A DNA stretch of 64,000 nt, taken from the NCBI GenBank assembly GCA_964561605.1, contig CAZLQD010000010.1:173077-237076 (forward strand), given 5' to 3'. Numbering within the stretch: the stretch's first letter is position 1; every line of letters begins with the position of its first letter. This document shows, in pieces, positions 18,555-26,848 of this stretch. This DNA comes from an uncultured Planctomycetia bacterium. Lineage in GTDB: Bacteria; Planctomycetota; UBA1135; JALUZX01. A program made the translations under genes and the position numbers. The notes under the pieces were generated by a model. It had not been told where the DNA came from and did no database searches. It was given only the letters and a program-made list of their open reading frames with translations.

Positions 18555-20042
18555 CTATTTCATCTGGAATTCCGGCAGGGCCGCGATCAGGTGGACCAGG
18601 CCGCTCACCTTCTGCCTGACGTGGGCGGCGTTCCGGACGTCGAACTTCCTGGGGCCGCTGTCGATGCGGTTCATGTAGTCCACCAGGCTGGACCTCACCG
18701 CCGGCGGCACCTTTCCGTCCACCATGTAAAGGAGGTAGTGGTCCACCACCCCGGCGGCGGAGGCGAGCCCCTTCCGCTTGATCTCCCGGAAGGGGTCGAA
18801 AGTGGCCTTCAGGTTGGTCCGCCCCCCCTGCTGGATCAGGGCCTCGGCGTAGTTGGCCCGCTCGATCAGGGTCTGGGAATTGATCCAGGCCGCCCCGTCG
18901 GGAAGGCCCGAGGGGTTCTCGAAATTGAGGAGGGGATACCCCTGGAGGACCACCCGGGCGCCCATGCCCGTATAGGAGACCCCCGCGTGGAGGAAACGGG
19001 CCAGGCCCACGCAGTAGTCCAGGGGGTCCTTCACCAGGGCCCTGTAGGCCGCGGCGGAGTAGAATGCCTTGGAACGGAGGACGATGCTCATGAAGGACCG
19101 GATATTGTATCCGTCCTTCCGCAAGAGATAGGCCAGGTAGTCCACGAGGGCGGTCCCGGGATCGAGGTAGACGAAGTATTCCCAGATCTTCCGGGCCAGG
19201 AACTTCGCCGTGGCCGGGTGGTCCAGGACGATGTCCAGCAGGTCGTCCAGGTCCTTGGCGCCGTTGGGATAGGGGTTGTAGATCCTCTTCCCCAGGACGG
19301 TCTTCACTCCGTAGTCGTGATACCAGGTCGAGGGGTTGAAGTAGTACTGGTTCCTCGGCCGCAGGGTGTGTCCCGTGAGGGCCCGGGACGCCTCCTTGAC
19401 GTCCTGTTCCGTGTAGCCGCTTCCCACGCCCATGGTGTAGAGCTCCAGGAGCTCCCTCCCGTAGTTCTCGTTGGGCTTCCGGGCCCTGCTGAGCCAGTTG
19501 TCCAGCCAGACCAGCATGGCCGGGTCCTTGGTTACGGCCAGAAGGATCTCCTTGAAGGAAGAGAGCGCCAGGGTCCTGAGGGTCGCCGCGTGGACGCCCA
19601 TGGGCTCGGGAAAGGCGGAGGACTTGAGACCTACGGAGAAGTGGTCCAGCCAGAAGGCGGCCATCTTCTCCTGGAAGGGATAGGGCGTGTGGGACTGGGT
19701 GTAGAGGAGCATGGCCCTCTGGCCGGCCAGGGTCCCCAGGTTGAGGATCTCCCCCGAGGGGAGGACGTGGGTGCCGTGGGTCGGAACCGGGTGGGGAGCC
19801 GTCGTGAGCAGGGCGTCCACCGCCCGGTCGGGCCCGAGGGCCAGGACGAACTCCACCTCTTCGGGAGTGGGACCGAAGCCGGTCCTCCGGAGCAGGTGGG
19901 CCGCCTTCTCCAGGTTCCAGGGATCCTGGGAGGTGGGCCGCCAGGGGGCGAGTTCTTCGGGCGGACCTGCGGGAAGGGGCGGCCCGCCGGGGGAAAGGGA
20001 ACGAACCGGGACGACCCGGGAGGAAGGACCGGAATCGGGCAT
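18555..20042 (-). CDS. DUF1800 domain protein
   Basis: HLLRRTGFGPTPEE, FWLDHF, NENYGRELLELYTMG, LTG motifs, and pairing with DUF1501. Confidence 0.85.
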   Translation of the reverse strand: MPDSGPSSRVVPVRSLSPGGPPLPAGPPEELAPWRPTSQDPWNLEKAAHLLRRTGFGPTPEEVEFVLALGPDRAVDALLTTAPHPVPTHGTHVLPSGEILNLGTLAGQRAMLLYTQSHTPYPFQEKMAAFWLDHFSVGLKSSAFPEPMGVHAATLRTLALSSFKEILLAVTKDPAMLVWLDNWLSRARKPNENYGRELLELYTMGVGSGYTEQDVKEASRALTGHTLRPRNQYYFNPSTWYHDYGVKTVLGKRIYNPYPNGAKDLDDLLDIVLDHPATAKFLARKIWEYFVYLDPGTALVDYLAYLLRKDGYNIRSFMSIVLRSKAFYSAAAYRALVKDPLDYCVGLARFLHAGVSYTGMGARVVLQGYPLLNFENPSGLPDGAAWINSQTLIERANYAEALIQQGGRTNLKATFDPFREIKRKGLASAAGVVDHYLLYMVDGKVPPAVRSSLVDYMNRIDSGPRKFDVRNAAHVRQKVSGLVHLIAALPEFQMK

Positions 20043-20442
20043 GGGAGACCTCCTTCGTGGAAAAGGAAGTGGAATGAGAAATGGACGAACCCCAGCCTAC
20101 CGGAAGACGCCCGCAGGCGCGCCCCCCCCCTGCATCGGGCCTGTAACAATTACGGTTACCCCCCCGCCGTTCCGGGCGGACCTCCGGCCCCCTCCCTCCG
20201 GTGCGGATGGGGGCGCGAAACAGGTTGGGGGAGACACGATGGAGCCCCCCCGGGGTGATTTCCCCGGGTTCCTCGGTATCGTGGTCCTCCCCGCCGGCGA
20301 CACTGTTTCCTGCCTTCCGTAATCCAGGATCCCGGGAATGAAGGGACCCACCCGGGGCGCCACGATCCACCACTCGCTGGTCGGGATGACCGCCCTCCGC
20401 CCGGGGCACCGGAAGCCCATCCCCGGCAGAGATCCCGGGGGA

Positions 20443-20481
20443 CTCCCCCGGCCCGGGAGGATCCGACCCGGGCCGGGGGAG
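20443..20481. repeat. Perfect 15-bp GC-rich inverted repeat with a 9-nt loop
   Basis: ctcccccggcccggg-aggatccga-cccgggccgggggag. The loop itself contains the palindrome ggatcc. No flanking T-tract on either strand. Confidence 0.8.
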
Positions 20482-20675
20482 CCAAGGGGGAGATCTGTGC
20501 CGGGAGGGCCGACCTCCGGGAACGGAGGGGACTCCACATGGAGGGGCCCGGCATCGTGTGGAAGCTCACGGCCGTCCGGGAGGAGAGGAAGAGGCCCGGG
20601 TGGAGGGTCTTTCCCCCAGGGAAGGGGAGGAAAAGGCCTTCCCTGGGGGCTACCGAAAGCCCCCGGCGGCCCGGA

Positions 20676-20713
20676 TCGACACGAAAACGCCTCCTGTCGA
20701 GACAAGGTGTCGA
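20676..20713 (+). promoter_or_regulatory. Candidate operator: three copies of hexamer TGTCGA (one inverted, two direct)
   Basis: tcgaca at 20676-20681, tgtcga at 20695-20700, tgtcga at 20708-20713, followed by an A7 run. Lies 90-125 bp upstream of the ATG at 20801. Confidence 0.3.
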
Positions 20714-20800
20714 AAAAAACGGCGCTTCCGCCGGCCTGGAAGGAAAACCCGGGCTAGACTTCCCCGCCCGAGAACGGGGAAAAGGAAAGGGGAGGATGTC

Positions 20801-22006
20801 ATGAGGAGAATCCGGGGGAAGATCCACGCCGCCCTCCTGGGGCTCTCGGCCCCCCTCTGGGCCCAGTCGGCGCCCCTCTACAACCAGAACGGCCTGACCG
20901 CCCACAACACCACGATCCAGCCCCTCCCGGTGGAGTTCCCCGGGTTCCGGTCCCGGAGGGGGAACGCCCCGGGCGACTGCCTCTGGAAGGTCTTCGAAGG
21001 GGATTCCCTCCTGGTCCCCAAGGGGAAGCTCCTCCTCTCGGGGTTCGAAACCTGCGTGGAGGACATGGACGCCCGCACCCCCCTGGACCACCCGGACGTC
21101 CACGTCTACGCCGCCTCCCGGGACTCCCGGGGGAGGCTCGTGCCCGACTTCCGCCGGCTCCTGGTGAAATACCAGTTCGGGAAGATCGCCCTTCCCAAGT
21201 CCTCCTCGGGGAATTCCTCGGGCTTCTGGCGGATCAACTGGACCCTGGGCGCCCCTGCGGCGGTTCCCGTCTCGGACGCCCTCCACGACCGGCCTTTCGC
21301 CGTCTGCCTCATGGCCACGGCCGGCGAGACCCACGCTTCCGGCGACGGCGCCCGCCTCTGCCTGACCGCCTCGGAAAACTACTCCAAGGCCCCCCAGGGC
21401 TCCTTCAGCGGTTTTCACCTGGCCGTATCTGGAAGGACGGGGCTCTTCGACGGAACGGAGAAGACCGCCGACCCCAGGAGCCCCTATCCGGCGGGAGAGA
21501 TCTGGATCGAACCCGCCTTCGTGGAGCCCATCCTCCAGCCCTGGTGCACGTCGGCCGTGAAGGGTTCCTCCTACGTCCAGGACCTGGGTGTAGGGTCCAT
21601 CTGGACGGACCTGGCATCCAAAGGCGGCTCCCTGGGCTGGCGCCTGGAATCCTGGCAGGACGCAGGGGCGGGGAGGCACTGGGCCTTCCTCCTCCTGAAC
21701 CTCCAGGGCCGGCCCGGCACCTTCTTCGCCCTCTCGGGCACCCAGGAAGGACTCCTGATGAACCCGGCCGACCCCAGCCTCACCCTCCTGGTCTCCCTGC
21801 TCCACTGCTTCGGCCCCTTCCGGCAGGACAAACCCGCCGGCTTCCCCCCGGATTTCTGGGACGGCGTCTACGACACGGGCCCCATCGCCATGGCGGCCGA
21901 CCCCTACCTTACGGGCCTGGACTTCTGGGTCGGAGCGGTTGTGGTGGACATGGACAAGGGAACCTTCACGGGTGCCTCCAACACCTGCGTCTTGAGGATG
22001 CGCTAG
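20801..22006 (+). CDS. Secreted hypothetical protein
   Basis: ATG at 20801 preceded by aaaggaaaggggagg (RBS). Signal peptide MRRIRGKIHAALLGLSAPLWAQS. No family recognised. Confidence 0.55.
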   Translation: MRRIRGKIHAALLGLSAPLWAQSAPLYNQNGLTAHNTTIQPLPVEFPGFRSRRGNAPGDCLWKVFEGDSLLVPKGKLLLSGFETCVEDMDARTPLDHPDVHVYAASRDSRGRLVPDFRRLLVKYQFGKIALPKSSSGNSSGFWRINWTLGAPAAVPVSDALHDRPFAVCLMATAGETHASGDGARLCLTASENYSKAPQGSFSGFHLAVSGRTGLFDGTEKTADPRSPYPAGEIWIEPAFVEPILQPWCTSAVKGSSYVQDLGVGSIWTDLASKGGSLGWRLESWQDAGAGRHWAFLLLNLQGRPGTFFALSGTQEGLLMNPADPSLTLLVSLLHCFGPFRQDKPAGFPPDFWDGVYDTGPIAMAADPYLTGLDFWVGAVVVDMDKGTFTGASNTCVLRMR

Positions 22007-22126
22007 CCTCCCGGCCGCCCGGGGAGGGCATCCCCCGGGCGGCCCCGCCTTGACAGCCTTTCCGCCGGGGTTAGGGTGGCTGGACCAGCGGTCTTCCGAT
22101 TCGGTCTTCCCCAGCAGAGAGGTTCC

Positions 22127-23131
22127 ATGCGCTGTCCATCCCTCGTCCTGGTCCCCCTGATCCTCCTCCAAGGATGTGGAATCTTCGGCGGATCCAGTGC
22201 GGAAAGAGAGCGGCTGGCGGGCTTCTTCACCCGGGCCAAGGGCTACTACGAGCACGATCGCCTCACCCAGGCCCTGGACCAGGTGGACCGGGGGCTGGAA
22301 CTCTCCCCGGAAGACCCCAAGTTCCTCACCCTGAAGGGCTTCATCTTCCTGAAGTACGCCAAGCGGGACCCCTCCTTCTTCGAAGACGCCCTGGCCCTGT
22401 TCCGGAAGGCCGCCCAGGGCGGCCTCTTCAGCTCGGGCCTCGCCCGGGCCAAGCTGGGCCTGGGCCTTGCCCTCCAGGGCCGGGCCATCAAGGAGAGGGA
22501 CTACACGGTGAACCTGGAGAAGGCCCTTCGGGAGGGGACGATCCCCGCGGCCCGCAGGGAGGAGGCCAAGAGGAAGCTCGCCCAGATGAAGGCCCAGGCC
22601 CGGAAGGACTTCCTGGAGGCCGAGAAGGCCTTCAAGGAGGTCCTGGCCCAGGAACCCCGGAACATCCTGGCCCTCTACTCCCTCGCCCTGGTGGAAGTGG
22701 CCCTGGGAAAGAAGGAGGAGGGCCTGAAACTCATAGAGCGCTACATCCGCGTCGCCGCGGCGAGGCGCAAGCAGATCCTGGAAAGGGACCTGAAGATGGC
22801 CCTCTCCAAGGACAGGGAGGACAAGCTCTGGGCCGAACTGAGGACCATCGAGGAGAGGGAGAAGGGTTGCCGCGGACTGGCGGCCAACATCCTCTACAAG
22901 CTCGGTCGCTTTGATGAGGCCTTGAAGGAGCTGAACACCCTGCTCAAACTGGATCCCAACCTGGTGAACGAATACTTCAACAGGGCCCGGGTCGAGGCCA
23001 AGCTCGGACATATCCAAGCTGCCGCAAACGATTACAAGACCTTCGTGGGAAGGAGCCTCCTTCCCAGGGAGGATCCCAGGATCAAGGAGGCCATGGACTT
23101 CCTTACCAGACACGACATGGGGGGACTTTGA
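22127..23131 (+). CDS. TPR-repeat lipoprotein
   Basis: MRCPSLVLVPLILLQGC lipobox, followed by TPR-like helical repeats (e.g. YKLGRFDEALKELNTLLKLDPN). Confidence 0.7.
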   Translation: MRCPSLVLVPLILLQGCGIFGGSSAERERLAGFFTRAKGYYEHDRLTQALDQVDRGLELSPEDPKFLTLKGFIFLKYAKRDPSFFEDALALFRKAAQGGLFSSGLARAKLGLGLALQGRAIKERDYTVNLEKALREGTIPAARREEAKRKLAQMKAQARKDFLEAEKAFKEVLAQEPRNILALYSLALVEVALGKKEEGLKLIERYIRVAAARRKQILERDLKMALSKDREDKLWAELRTIEEREKGCRGLAANILYKLGRFDEALKELNTLLKLDPNLVNEYFNRARVEAKLGHIQAAANDYKTFVGRSLLPREDPRIKEAMDFLTRHDMGGL

Positions 23132-23565
23132 AGCTCGGCAAGGCCTTTCTCTCGGCGGCCCTCCTCCTGGCTCCCCTGCCGGCCTGCCAGATCCTCTACC
23201 TCCCCTTCCAGATCCTCAACACCGCCCTCAAGGGGGTGAAGTGGGGCTTCCAGAACGCCGGCGGACTCATCCCCCTGGCGGGCTACCTGGTCCTGGAGGA
23301 CGGTCCCGGCCAAGGCCCCCCCTCCCCCGCCCCTTCACCGGCCCGCCTCCTGGAATCCCCTCCCCGGGGAGCCCTGGCCCTGGTGGTCGTGCCGCCCGAA
23401 GCCTTGGGCGACCGGGGCCTGGAAGGAGCCATCCGGGAGAGGTTCCCCCTGGCCCGGAGGATCGTTCCCCTGCGCTTTCCTCCGGAAGGAGGGGCCCTCC
23501 CTCCGCCGGGAGCCCGCCGGATCCCCCTCCTCTCGGCCCGGCCCCCCTCCAGGGAGGAGACCTAG
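23128..23565 (+). CDS. Small hypothetical lipoprotein
   Basis: TTG start overlaps the previous stop (TTGA). LLLAPLPAC lipobox. P-rich tail. Weak support. Confidence 0.45.
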   Translation: MKLGKAFLSAALLLAPLPACQILYLPFQILNTALKGVKWGFQNAGGLIPLAGYLVLEDGPGQGPPSPAPSPARLLESPPRGALALVVVPPEALGDRGLEGAIRERFPLARRIVPLRFPPEGGALPPPGARRIPLLSARPPSREET

Positions 23566-23660
23566 AAAACGCCTCAAGGTGGGTCAAGAAATCTCCGATA
23601 AAGCCGGAACCAGGGGCCTTTTCAAATTTTTCCGCCCCTGCAGAAAGGACGGAGATTTCC

Positions 23661-24239
23661 ATGTGGAACATGACCCGCCAGGCCATCTTCCTGGAACGTG
23701 ACGGCATCCTCATCGAACCCGACGGTTACATAAAGAGTATCGAGCAGGTGCGGTTCGTCCCCGGCGCCGTGGAGGCCCTCAGGGCGGTGGACCCGGAGAA
23801 GTTCGACATCTTCATCGCCACCGACCAGCCCGGGATCGCCTTCGGGAAGATCGGGGAAAGGGCCTACGAGAAGCTCACCGAGTGGATCGTCGAGGAACTC
23901 CGCAAGAAGGAGGTCCACATCACCAAGGTCTACACCTGTCCCTTCCATCCCAAGGGAAGAGGCAAGTGGAAGAAGGAATCGGTATTCCGCAAGCCGAACA
24001 TCGGCATCTTCAAGATGGCCCAGCAGGAATACAACCTGAACCTCCGGCGCTGCTGGATGGTGGGCCACTCCACCAGGGACATCCTGGCGGCCCAGAGGGC
24101 CGGCGTGGCGGACATCCTCGTCACCGGTTACGGCGGCGGAACGGACCAGGAATTCCAGGTGGAGCCCACCTTCCGGGAGAGGGACCTGCGGCACGCCGTC
24201 CGGCGGATCCTCTACCAGGAAGCGGCCCTGCTCAGGTGA
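23661..24239 (+). CDS. HAD-IIIA hydrolase, GmhB (D,D-heptose-1,7-bisphosphate phosphatase)-like, with substituted catalytic motifs
   Basis: AIFLERDGILIEPDGY, ATDQPGIAFG, FRKPNIGIF and MVGHSTRDILAAQRAG are colinear with GmhB motifs I-IV. Motif I is ERD instead of DRD, and motif IV is GHS instead of GDS. Confidence 0.7.
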   Translation: MWNMTRQAIFLERDGILIEPDGYIKSIEQVRFVPGAVEALRAVDPEKFDIFIATDQPGIAFGKIGERAYEKLTEWIVEELRKKEVHITKVYTCPFHPKGRGKWKKESVFRKPNIGIFKMAQQEYNLNLRRCWMVGHSTRDILAAQRAGVADILVTGYGGGTDQEFQVEPTFRERDLRHAVRRILYQEAALLR

Positions 24240-24830
24240 TCACTCCCCTTCTTCCCTCCCCCGGGCCTCCACCCGGGTGAGGAATTCCAGGATCACCCGG
24301 GGAAGATCCTCCTCCTCTTCCTTTCCTTCTTTTTTCTTCTCTTTCTTCTTCTCCCGGACCACCCGGACCTCCACGGGGCCCATCAGGTTGGCCAGGAAAC
24401 GGGGAGGAAGGGAGGGGACGGCCTTCTTCCTGGACTTTCCCTCCACTTTCTGCACCAGGAGCTTGGGCACGTCGGGCCGGCCCGGGTGGCTGGGCTCCTG
24501 GTCGGGGAGCTGAGGGTCCAGGAGGACCAGGGAAGCCACCTCTCCGGAGTCGCACAGGGCGAGGAAGGTGTCCTGGGCGCAGGCACCCAGGCCGACCCAG
24601 TGGACCTTCTCGGCCTTGAGCCTCCCGGGAAGGCGCTCCCTGGCGGAGACCTTCCTTCCGGCCAGGTGTTCGCAAAGGGGCCTGTGGGCCACCAGGACTT
24701 CCCGGCCCGCCGCCTTGAGGCGCTCCACGAGGGCCTTCACCTCCTCCTGGCCCTCCTTGCCGGAGACACAAAGGACCACCGGGTAGGCCGGCGGCCGGGG
24801 AATGATCTTCTCCCTGGAATCCTCGCCCAT
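24240..24830 (-). CDS. Hypothetical protein with a K/E-rich insert
   Basis: 196-aa ORF with plausible composition (VVLCVSGKEGQEEVKALVERLKAAGREVLVAH) and a REKKKEKKKEGKEEEED segment. No family recognised. Confidence 0.4.
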   Translation of the reverse strand: MGEDSREKIIPRPPAYPVVLCVSGKEGQEEVKALVERLKAAGREVLVAHRPLCEHLAGRKVSARERLPGRLKAEKVHWVGLGACAQDTFLALCDSGEVASLVLLDPQLPDQEPSHPGRPDVPKLLVQKVEGKSRKKAVPSLPPRFLANLMGPVEVRVVREKKKEKKKEGKEEEEDLPRVILEFLTRVEARGREEGE

Positions 24831-25045
24831 GCTCGAAACTCCGCCTCAGGAGGAGGCCTGCATCCTTCTTCTCCGGGTTTCCCTGCCTTTCCATGTTACT
24901 TCTTTCCCGCCCCGGGCGTAGGGGGCTTTCCTCCATTCCCTCTCCTTTCCGGCGATCCTTTCCGGAGTGGAACGGCTCGGCCGTGATTTCTCCCCCGCCC
25001 AGGGTAGACTCGTCCCCGAACGACACAGGCACCAACCAGGGACGA

Positions 25046-26089
25046 ATGGCCCCGATCCAGAACAACCCCCAAGAACGGCGGACCCGGAGGATCGTCCTCC
25101 TCATCGCCCTCTTCCTGGCCCTGGCGGTCTCCGCCGGGGTGAGCCTCCATTTCACCGAGGGATGGACGGCCCTGGAGTCGGCCTATACCGTGGTGATCAC
25201 CCTCTCCACCGTGGGATTCGGAACTCCGACCAAGCTCTCCCCGGCTGGAATGGGAATCATGATCGCCCTGATCGTGGTGGGCGTCACCCTGGCCATCTAC
25301 CTCTCGGGGTTGGCCGTCCAAGGGCTTCTGGAGGGAGAGCTGGGAAGGATCCTGGGGAGGATCAGGATGGAAAGACAAGTGCAAAGCATGAAGGACCACT
25401 ACGTGGTCTGCGGAGCGGGCAGGATCGGCCTCTTGGTCTGCCAGGAACTCGCCGCCGCGGGAGTCCCCTTCGTCGTAGTGGACCGGGACGAGGGAGCCCT
25501 CCAGAAGGCCGCGGCCCAGGGGTATACCTGTGTCGTGGGAGACGCCACGGAAGAGGAGACCTTGAAGGCCGCCGGGATCCAGCGGGCCAAGGGTCTCCTG
25601 GCCGTCCTGGGCTCGGATGCGGAGAACGTCTTCCTCACCATGACGGCTCGCTTCCTCAACCGGGGGCTCTCCATCGTGGCCCGGGCGTCTGCCGAGAAGG
25701 CCCAGAAGAAGCTCTACCGGGCCGGCGCCAACCGTTGCATCACCCCCGAGAGCCTGGGGGGTCGCCACATGGCCCGGGCCATCCTCAAGCCCACGGTCCT
25801 GGAGTTCCTGGATCTGGCCATGGGCGGAGGCGACATGAACCTGGCCCTGGACGAGATCCCCGTCCCGGCCGAATCCCTCCTTGCGGGCAAGAGCCTGTTG
25901 GACTCACCGGTGCGCAAGAGCTACGGTCTCATCGTGGTGGCCATCCTCAAGAAGGACGGGACCATGCAGTTCAATCCTTCGGGGGAGACGGTGATCCAGG
26001 AGGGGGACGTCCTCCTGGCCCTGGGCGAGACCCAACGGATCCGCGCCCTCAGGGAAGCCCTCCAGGAAGCCGGGGAGAAAGCGGTTTGA
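25046..26089 (+). CDS. 2-TM potassium channel with RCK (TrkA-N/TrkA-C) domains, MthK/Kch-like
   Basis: TM1, pore helix with filter TLSTVGFG, TM2, then YVVCGAGRIGLLVCQELAAAGVPFVVVDRD (Rossmann RCK) and a TrkA-C-like tail. Confidence 0.85.
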   Translation: MAPIQNNPQERRTRRIVLLIALFLALAVSAGVSLHFTEGWTALESAYTVVITLSTVGFGTPTKLSPAGMGIMIALIVVGVTLAIYLSGLAVQGLLEGELGRILGRIRMERQVQSMKDHYVVCGAGRIGLLVCQELAAAGVPFVVVDRDEGALQKAAAQGYTCVVGDATEEETLKAAGIQRAKGLLAVLGSDAENVFLTMTARFLNRGLSIVARASAEKAQKKLYRAGANRCITPESLGGRHMARAILKPTVLEFLDLAMGGGDMNLALDEIPVPAESLLAGKSLLDSPVRKSYGLIVVAILKKDGTMQFNPSGETVIQEGDVLLALGETQRIRALREALQEAGEKAV

Positions 26090-26093
26090 GCCC

Positions 26094-26504
26094 ATGGGGG
26101 AAAAGACCTTCGCCTTCCCGGCGGCCTTCCGCCTGAAGACGACCCGGGAATTCCGGGCCTGTTACGCCCAGGGGGTCCGGGTCCGGGGAAGGAGACTCCT
26201 TCTCGTGGTCCGCAGGAACGGCCTGCCCTTCACAAGGCTCGGCCTTTCCATCTCCCGCAAATTCGGCTCCTCGGTGGAGCGGAATCGGTTCAAGCGCATC
26301 TGCCGGGAGGCCTTCCGCCTGGCCAGGCCCGGCCTTCCCCCCGGCCTGGACGTGGTGGTCATCGGATCCCGCCCCATGGAAGGTTCTTCGCCCTCCATGG
26401 AGGAAGTGAAGGAGGAGATGGAGTTCCTCCTTCCCAAGGCGGTCCGACTCCTCGAGAAGAAACCCGGGCCGCGCCGGGGGGGGAGGAACAGGAGGCGGAG
26501 GTGA
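26094..26504 (+). CDS. rnpA: Ribonuclease P protein component
   Basis: FRLKTTREFRACYAQG...GLSISRKFGSSVERNRFKRICREAFR, typical RnpA RNR motif. Followed by yidD. Confidence 0.85.
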   Translation: MGEKTFAFPAAFRLKTTREFRACYAQGVRVRGRRLLLVVRRNGLPFTRLGLSISRKFGSSVERNRFKRICREAFRLARPGLPPGLDVVVIGSRPMEGSSPSMEEVKEEMEFLLPKAVRLLEKKPGPRRGGRNRRRR

Positions 26505-26848
26505 AAGTCCCTCTCCGGAAGCTTCCGGGCCGGCTCCTCGGGGAGATCCTTTGCCTCCCCGTCCGGGCCTACCGGATCTTCATCAGCCCCTGGAAGCCCA
26601 GGACCTGCCGGTTCGTTCCCTCCTGCTCGGAATACTTCCTCCAGGCCGTCAGGATCCGCGGCCCTCTGGTGGGCCCTCTCCTGGGAATCCTGAGGATCCT
26701 CAGGTGCCACCCCTTCGGCGGATGCGGCTTCGATCCGGTTCCCCGCAAGGGATGGCGCTACCGGGAGGAAGAGGAGGAGGTCTCCCCTCCCCCCGGGGAG
26801 GAACCACCGCTCCCCCCTCTTTCGGAAGGAAGGCGCTCGAACACGTAG
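26501..26848 (+). CDS. yidD: Membrane protein insertion efficiency factor YidD, with a ~30-aa acidic/Pro-rich tail
   Basis: YRIFISPWKPRTCRFVPSCSEYFLQAV...LRCHPFGGCGFDPVP. GTGA overlap with rnpA. Confidence 0.85.
   Translation: MKVPLRKLPGRLLGEILCLPVRAYRIFISPWKPRTCRFVPSCSEYFLQAVRIRGPLVGPLLGILRILRCHPFGGCGFDPVPRKGWRYREEEEEVSPPPGEEPPLPPLSEGRRSNT

Noticed and set aside
16204-20409. 1401-aa minus-strand ORF
   Set aside because: It is an alternate frame of the well-supported DUF1501 and DUF1800 genes for most of its length, with P/G/R-rich composition. Only the last 361 codons (from the ATG at 17289, with a signal peptide) are credible.
20156-23113. 985-aa minus-strand ORF
   Set aside because: It is antisense to the signal-peptide-bearing 20801-22006 gene and to the TPR lipoprotein. 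No motifs are present.
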